Source: Octopus vulgaris (lineage: Eukaryota). From it: DNA of 64,000 nucleotides. This document shows, in pieces, positions 56,065 through 64,000 of this stretch. Under the pieces are notes generated by a model. The model had not been told where the DNA came from. It saw only the letters and a list, made by a program, of their open reading frames with translations, and did no database searches. Numbering within the stretch: the first letter of the stretch is position 1; each line of letters opens with the position of its first letter. The stretch is taken from the NCBI GenBank assembly GCA_951406725.2, contig OX597825.1:43400001-43464000 (forward strand). Direction: 5' to 3'. The position numbers and the translations under genes are program-made.

Positions 56065-56140
56065 CTCTCTTGCTCTCTCTCTCTTGCTCTCTCTCCCTCT
56101 CTCTTGCTCTCTCTCTCTTGCTCTCTCTCTCTCTCTCTCG
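56017..56140. repeat. (CT)n microsatellite
   Basis: Directly visible. Confidence 0.95.
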
Positions 56141-56310
56141 ATTCTCTCGCCTTCTCATACTATTCTTATTTCCCTTTTCTTCTTCCATTCTCTTAATAAC
56201 TCTGTAATTGTGAGTCGTTTCCTTAACTCAATTCAAATATATGTATACATGTTTGTATGCATGTGTGTATGTATCTGTGCCTTTCTCTCTCTCTCTGTAT
56301 ATATATATAT

Positions 56311-56606
56311 ATCACGTGATCACGTGACTGACCAGGCCATCAGATGTTGCTAAACATCGCTGGTCACAATGCGTTAGCATAGTTTTAGCCTTCGAATGAC
56401 GCCATCTCGCTGGCTAAGTGAGCAGGCCAACAGAAGAAAGAATGGTGATAGAGTACAGCAGTGATCACCCCCCCCTCCCTGCCGGAGCCTCGTGGAGCTT
56501 TTAGGTGTTTTCGCTCAATAAACACACACAACGCCCGGTCTGGGAATCGAAACCGCGATCCTACTACCGCGAGTCCGCTGCCCTAACCACTGGGCCATTG
56601 CGCCTC
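56311..56606 (-). mobile_element. tRNA-derived SINE, family A, full length
   Basis: Head GAGGCGCAATGGCCCAGTGGTTAGGGCAGCGGACT..GGTTTCGATTCCC with A and B boxes. Confidence 0.85.
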
Positions 56607-56680
<74 letters not shown>

Positions 56681-56788
56681 TGTATATATATATACATCTA
56701 TATGTATACATCTATATGTATACATCTATATATATATATATATGTTGTATTTAGGAATGGTCATTTTGCCAGTTTAGCCAAATATATA

Positions 56789-58077
56789 CAGGGTGAGGAA
56801 GCAAAATTTACAATATTTTGAGGCAGGGATTGAAAGACAGTGTATGACCAATTATTTTATTGAAAGTTATGAGAATTTATTTGCCACAAGAAAATTTACA
56901 TAATAGAAAATGTTTTTATTCTATGTGTCCTCCTTCTTTCTCAATAACTGCCTTCACACACTTCCTGAAACTTGTACAAGTGTTCCTCAAATATTCGGGA
57001 GACAACTTCTCCCATTCTTCTATAATAGTATCTTTAAGAGAGTCGACATTGCTGTGTGATGTTCTATTGGTAGCATGTTCTAAAACGCCCCAAATAGCAT
57101 AATCCAGAGGGTTTAGATCTGGGCTAGAAGGCGGCCATAAATATGATTCCCAAAAATCGCTAAAGTTGGATTTGCAGAAATCTTGTATTTTTCTGGCTGT
57201 GTGGGCTGGAGCACCATCCTATGTCCATACATAATTACCATCTGGGTAGTTTGCTTTAGGCCATGACAATACCTGGTATCTCAGAGTCTTGTAGTAAGTA
57301 TTAACATTGATCTTTTCATCAGCTTTGTAGAATTTTATAGGCATTTTCTTTCCATCGGAAGCCACAACACCAAAAGCCATAACTTGTGCAGGATGTTTTG
57401 TTTTGAATGTCCCCTTAACCTCAGCTGTTGATTTTGCAATAACTCTGTCATTTCTGCGGTTCAGAACAGCATCGACAGTGAAAATCCTTTCATCTGAAAA
57501 GATTGTTACAATGGAGGACTTTTTCTTGAACCATGTAATAATTTTCTTGCACCTCTCCAATCTCTTTTCCTTCATAGCTGTTGTCAACAAATGTTTTGGT
57601 GTTCTTGTGTACGATTTTAACCTCAAATCATATTTTACTGCATTTCTAATGGTCTTCTTGTCTACCTCAAGTTCAATTGCATTTTTCTCATTGATTTGGT
57701 TGGATCCTTTAGGATTTTGGATTTGAGAGCTTTAATAAAAGCTTTGGTACGTTTTTTGTTGATTCCTCCACTTCCAGACTTCCTCGTAATAGTTTTGCTC
57801 ATAGTTATTCTATTCTTTACATTATAAACAGTCTTTATGGACACTCCAACTATCCTTGAAATCTCCTTTGGTGTGACGAGTGCATTCAGCAAATCACACA
57901 CTCTTTGACGTTTGCTTTCCTAATTACTCATATGGGCAAAAGTTTCTGAAAAGGTAAGGATAATAGTGTTAGATATGAGTATGACATCAGTATATGCTAG
58001 GTTTCAAAGCAATTGACTTAGTGCCTCCTGAGAAAAAGCAACTTAACGTTCATTGTAAATTTTGCTTCCTCACCCTG
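56789..58077 (-). mobile_element. Full-length maT (DD37D) Tc1/mariner transposon with pseudogenised transposase
   Basis: 26-bp TIRs CAGGGTGAGGAAGCAAAATTTACAAT with TA on both sides. FSDE..*DGAPAH..WPPSSPDLNPLDY has 37 residues between the 2nd and 3rd D. In-frame TAGs and a frameshift. Confidence 0.92.
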
Positions 58078-58097
58078 TATGCATATATATATATATA

Positions 58098-58576
<479 letters not shown>

Positions 58577-59075
58577 TGTATGTATATGTATATGCAGGGG
58601 AGGATATGTGTGTGTTTGGCTGTGGCTGTGGATATCTTTATGTTTATGTACGCCTTTACCTTGTCCAACATTCATATGCATATACATTGAAAAAATATGT
58701 ACATGCATACAGGCAGGCCTCTCTCTATATATATGTGTAGTCTGTGTGTGTGTGTCTGTGTGTGTGCTGTGTGTGTGTGTCTGTGTGTGTGCGTGGGCGT
58801 TTGTGTTTTCGATTTGTATACAGGAATGAAGGTTCCATGGGCTCTGTCATCCATACGTATACAAGTTACATATAACATTGAAGACACTATTTGAATGCGA
58901 AACACCCAATTACTCAATACTTCTAATCTCTATTCTTTGTCCGTCGATTTGTCGGCGGTATGTGTGTGCGTATGTATGTATGTATGTATGTATATATTTA
59001 TGTATGTATGTATGTATGTGTGTATGTATATATATATATATGTATGTATGCATGTATATATATATATATGTATGC

Positions 59076-59122
<47 letters not shown>

Positions 59123-60149
59123 TGTGTGTGAGTATGTTTATATGTGTGTATGTAGACAGACACTTAGATATACATTTTTGTATTTTGTGTAATTTTCTAT
59201 TTCACAATTTTATGTTTAGTTCATTCCACTATTTGTCATTCCCTTCTAATAACTCCCTGCTGCATTGAAAGTATTTATTATATATTTACTTTTATAAATG
59301 GTTTCAAACATTCATCAACTGAGCCATGAAAATTTACGCAAATATCCCTACACAAACTGACACACTTGCAAACACATGCACATCTTCATACATATACATT
59401 CCTGTATATGTATATATGAATATGTATATACATACATGTATGTGTCTATGCACCTACATGTCTATAACTACAACTACACAGACGGCCGATTGCTTTATTT
59501 TGTTCTAAACGTTACTATATATGAATTTATTTCGTATTTTCTTAAATTTTGTTTTCTTCACCTCTTGTTTTTCCTGTTGTTATCAATGTAAGGTTTGTTC
59601 TAATATCATAACCGAGAATATGCCAGAGTGATATTCTGTTCTATTCCATTTGAGTTCAAATCACACTTGATATTCTGATATTCTGTTCTATCCCATTTGA
59701 GTTCAAATCACACTATGATATTGGCTCTCTGAAACGTCAGGATTGCGCAGATAAACGAGACTCTCTCGATGAGATAACCCTTTTTATGCGATTGTAATAA
59801 ATTATAATTTTTTACACAACCGTGGGTGGTGTACAATTAAGTATTATTAATACTTTTATCATAACTATAAACCTCAAGATATCTTTTCATCTGTATCGGT
59901 ATGTACCGCTGTTTTAACGAAAATGAATTATTGTTATTGAGTGGTAATTCAGATTTTAACTTAAGATAATCTATAAAAGAATGCAGGGTCCGATTTTACC
60001 TTTTTTAAAATTGAATGAAATTTAATAGTATTTTAGAAAGTCTAATGCAATAAAAAATTATTTTTATGTATTTGTGTATACTTAAACTAATTAAATATTA
60101 TTTTACAGAATAATAGAATTAAAATTTCTTTGATTAAAACCCTTTCTAA

Positions 60150-60521
60150 CATGGAAGTATTCGAAAAGGGTACTTAACGTACATAATGATTTATGAGTAT
60201 AAAAAAGAAAACTCTGCAGCCGAAGCGACTCGAAACACACACTCAGCTTATGGGAAAGAATGCTTGAATGAAAGAGCATGCAGAAGACGGTTTGCAAAAT
60301 TCAGAAGTGGAGATTTAAGCCTTGAAGATGAAGATCGAACAGGACGTTCAGTTGAGTTTGATGATAAGCTGCTTGAGGCATTACTTGAAGAAAATCCTGC
60401 ATTATCAGTTTCAGAATTGGCAATAAAGCTTAGTTCAAACCCTACAACTGTTCATCGTCATCTTCAACAACTTGGAAAGTTTCCTAAACTTGGAAAATAG
60501 GTGCCTCATGAATTGTCCGAA
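60150..60521 (+). mobile_element. Mariner transposase N-terminal fragment
   Basis: AAEATRN..FAKFRSGDLSLEDEDRTGRS..TVHRHL..KLGK*VPHEL (WVPHEL motif). Confidence 0.85.
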
Positions 60522-63500
60522 ATCAGTGGTAAATCATTTAGGTTGGTGGCTGTATGTGCGCCTTTTGATGGCGGACAGTTTTATTTCTTTCGGGACCTGG
60601 AGAATTTTCTAGGTACATCGCATTCTATAGTTTTATTGGGTGATTGTGTTAGCTCAACACAGGATAAAAGGGGAAACTCATGCCTCAACGATCTTCTATG
60701 TCGATTTCAGCTGGCAGATCGATACAGACTAGAATTCCCGGACGTCCCAGTGTGAACATGGACAAACGGCGACAGGTCTTCAAGATCTTGCTTAGAATTT
60801 CTGACAAAGATACTGCTAAGTGTCCTCAATTTACGTACGTCAGCTACAACGACCACAAACTTGTAATTGTATGTTTAAAATAGATAAGCTAGGTATATTA
60901 GGGTCCGGCTACATGTCCCCATCGGCAGATAGGGAGTACAGGAGCCGGAATAAGATACTTATTCAAAGGGAGTTAATAGACACCATCATTAGCAACAAAT
61001 GGTAGTACGCCCTAAAGCGACCCATCAAGTTTGAGTCAATTAGATTCAGTAAGGATCTAGTGGCTAAGAAACACAGAGTAGAAAGGGATTTAGTTAAAGA
61101 CTTAGAAGAGGCAATGCGTTCTGGCTCTGCAGACCGAGTTTTGGCAACGAGACTGGTTCTCAACCAATATCTCGAAACCAAATACGAGGGATGCTTGGTT
61201 AGAGCAAAGTTACGTGCAATGAGACAAGAAGGAATTAGGGCTGCTGGATGGGCCCGCGTTATTGAAGCTCAATGTGGCAATAATATCACTATAAGGTTTA
61301 TAGGTATCAAGATACCAAGGTATCTTGGTAAACAAACCCGAGGAAACGTCTAAGGTCTTCCAGTAGCATTTCGACCAGCTTTTCGGGAGGAGCGGTGAAC
61401 CGGAGTGTAGAAGGGACATCTCGGACTTCCTTGCCGGTTTTCCGCGTCTCCTGGGACAGGATGTGGGGTGCTGTGACGGACCGATCACAGCCACGGAGGT
61501 GGAGGAAGTTTTGTTGGACTGCGACAGGGGCAACTCGCCGGGGTTAGATAGTCTTCCCCACGAACTATATAACAGTATGCCAGACTTGCTTGGGCACTTA
61601 CTGGCTTGCGTTTACACCAACTGGCACCAGAATAGGTTCATCCCAGATCTGAGTCGAGTGGCGGTTAGAAAGGACCCAAACAAGGAGGACTTAGCTGATA
61701 ATTTCCAACCCATCACTCTGCTAAACGCATAGTTGAAGATTTTGTCCAAGGTTTTAGGAAAAAAGGTTGGCGCTTGTCGCGGATGGACTCGTCGGAGAGG
61801 TGCAAACATGTGCCAATCCCGGCAGATCCATTCAGGACAATCTCCACCTAATACGCTATATCATAGTGGGCGCAAACAGATCTAGTAAGGGTGGGGCTCT
61901 GGTCCATTTAGATTAGTCAAAAGCGTTCGATTGGGTGGACCATCGTTACCTGGTTTCGGTCCTTGCGGCGTTTGGGCTGGGCCCTGCCTTCCGTAGTTGG
62001 ATCATCACCATATGTGATCACATTGTCTCGATCGTTCAGGTGAACGGTTCCTTTCGAAGCCGTTCTGCATCAAGCGCTCGGTTCGTCAAGAATTCCCCCT
62101 CTCCACACCTCTATACGTACTAGCCCACGAGGCTCTGCTGCAGAAGTTGAAGGCGATAAGGGGCGTCCCGCGTAATTTAGATCGTGGTAAGTCTATGACG
62201 GCGTATGCGGATGATATCATCATCATCATACCCGAGGTCAATCACCTACAGAGAGTATGTGAGGCCATTAAATAGTACGAGGCAGTGGCAGGAGCAAAAT
62301 TTAACCGTGAAAAATCAGTCGGGTTGCAGCTCAGCACTTGGAGAGGCAAGATGATACCTCCCAACAACGTCGTGGGCCGTTGGACGGAGGGGCCGCTTAA
62401 AATGCTTGGGGTCTGGTTTGGATCGGATCTCCAGATAGAGAAGAATTGGAGTGAGGTGACGAATAAAGTGGACGCTCTAATTCAGACCTGGTCTGAGCGA
62501 TGGTTATCCTTGAAAAGGAGGGCCGTGGTTGCAAATGTGTATACCGCATCTGTAATTATCTGATACGTAACAGTCGTTCCTTTCCCTAATTTGTGGCTGG
62601 ATAAGCTGGAACTTTTCCGCTTTTTGTGGAAAGGCTGCAGACCACTTGTGAGGTGCTCTATCTGTTGCCAACAGCCGCTTAAGGTTGGGCTAGGAATGCC
62701 GTGTCTAATAATGCGTAGGCAAGCGCTGAGGCTAAGGCATCTCTGGCTCTACCTGGATGGTGAACAGGTGTGGTCTCCGTTCCTCAAATCGATGTTTCCA
62801 AGGTTTGCCAGTTTTGGTAGACTTGAACAATGGATCAAGCGTAAATCAAGGTTAGGTGTCTGGCAAGCCGAGTGCCGTGCGGCATTCGTGCTCTTCGGTC
62901 GCGCGGGCAACGCCAGAGGATTTGGTTCCACTGCATCCTTTTATAGAATGTTGGTAGAAGTTAAATGCGACGATACTCTGGGGAAAAAACCTGGGTCACG
63001 ATAGTAATCAACTTGCGGGCCTGTTCCAAAGAACATTCGGGCCGGGACCTATGGACAGCTTCCAGAGGTCTCTAGCCTGGCATTGTTTCCGACGAGCCTT
63101 GCCTGTTCGGGATAAACTTGCAAAGCAGGTGCTAGAGTCTTGCCTACCTGTCCAAGATACGAGCAGGACAAAGAAACTGTTTTGCACGCAATTGTAAAGT
63201 GTCCGGAATTTCGGAGATGTGGGTCAATGACGAACAGCTGCAGTCCCGTACGAGAAAAGTACAGTTATCCTCCTAGTCAAACATAATGATTGTCCCTCCT
63301 TCCTCCTTTGACAAAGAAGGAAAGGCATATTTTCTCGCAGTGGTAGCTGTAGCAATAGAGGCTGTATGGAAAACTCGTATGAAAGGTGTGGCGACAGGCG
63401 ACTTCATCTTCAGCCTGGGACTAGTAAGTTATTTTTTACTTTTTACTTAGAAAGGAATATAAGACTAGAGCAAAGATGTCTGTTGCATGAAGTGTTTGGT

Positions 63501-63560
63501 GAAACATGGATGAAGGTCGTAAAAATGTTGGGGATGAGTGTCCCTACATGAATATATATT
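60522..63560 (+). mobile_element. Decayed L1/Tx1-clade LINE ORF2 (EN-RT)
   Basis: FRLVAVCAP; SPGLDSLPHELY; FQPITLLNA; SKAFDWVDH; AYADDI; GAKFNREKS; KMLGVWFG; GLGMP. Confidence 0.85.
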
Positions 63561-63779
63561 ACTGAATAATCTGAAGGTCCAAGTGGAGAACCGAGGCAAA
63601 ATCGTTGTATTGTCTCTTCTATGCTGGCCCATAGTGGGTAATAAAGTAACTGAGGACACTTGAAATGAGGAGAGCCGAGTGGACGCGATCTTGTTAGGCT
63701 TGGAAGAGAAAGTGATAGTCCTCCAAGCCACATACATGACCCATAAAAACTGGCAGGGACAAGGGCTCGAGATAGTGAT

Positions 63780-64000
63780 TCAAGCAACCCATGAAGAAAT
63801 ATGATTGAAAACATCATGGTGTAAGATGTAGTGCTGAAGGTTAAAGTGGAAGGCAGAATCCCTAGGTGTCGCCAATATGGCCAAAAGAGTCACATTAGTG
63901 TTGATTGCCCCTCACAACCTGCTGACATCAAAGACAAACAGACAGCCTCGCCTCTACCTCCACTAGAAAACAACATAGAGACATCGAAGGATCTAAAAGA
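63780..64000 (+). mobile_element. Probable Tx1-type ORF1 zinc-knuckle fragment
   Basis: VKVEGRIPRCRQYGQKSHISVDCP (degenerate CX2CX4HX4C). Confidence 0.5.

Noticed and set aside
56530-56606. Functional tRNA gene
   Set aside because: It has A/B boxes but no complete cloverleaf, and it continues into a repeated SINE body (also at 12700-12772).

Overview
AT-rich, microsatellite-dense eukaryotic DNA. The SINE set and repeat style suggest an octopus genome (inference). No host protein-coding gene can be supported, and most ORFs in the track are microsatellite read-through. The window is a mosaic of decayed transposons: Dong/R4-like, RTE and Tx1/L1 LINEs, Penelope-like elements (PLEs, Naiad-type and Neptune-type), a Gypsy 3' end with LTR, Tc1/mariner/maT(DD37D), piggyBac, a non-autonomous Helitron and three tRNA-derived SINE families. 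The main signal the ORFs do not explain is about 17-19 type I hammerhead ribozyme (HHR) motifs from about 12 sequence families, found by eye. Almost all have a palindromic minimal stem III, and two families carry the compensatory U3-A8 core. Several HHRs sit in non-coding units of 434, 470 and 548 nt present as more than one tandem copy, which resembles retrozymes (circular-RNA-like). Most HHR elements lie in (TA)n and share one geometry: two arms with 3' ends pointing outward, the shorter arm often ending at an internal TA-rich motif. Coordinates were read manually and may be off by a few bases.
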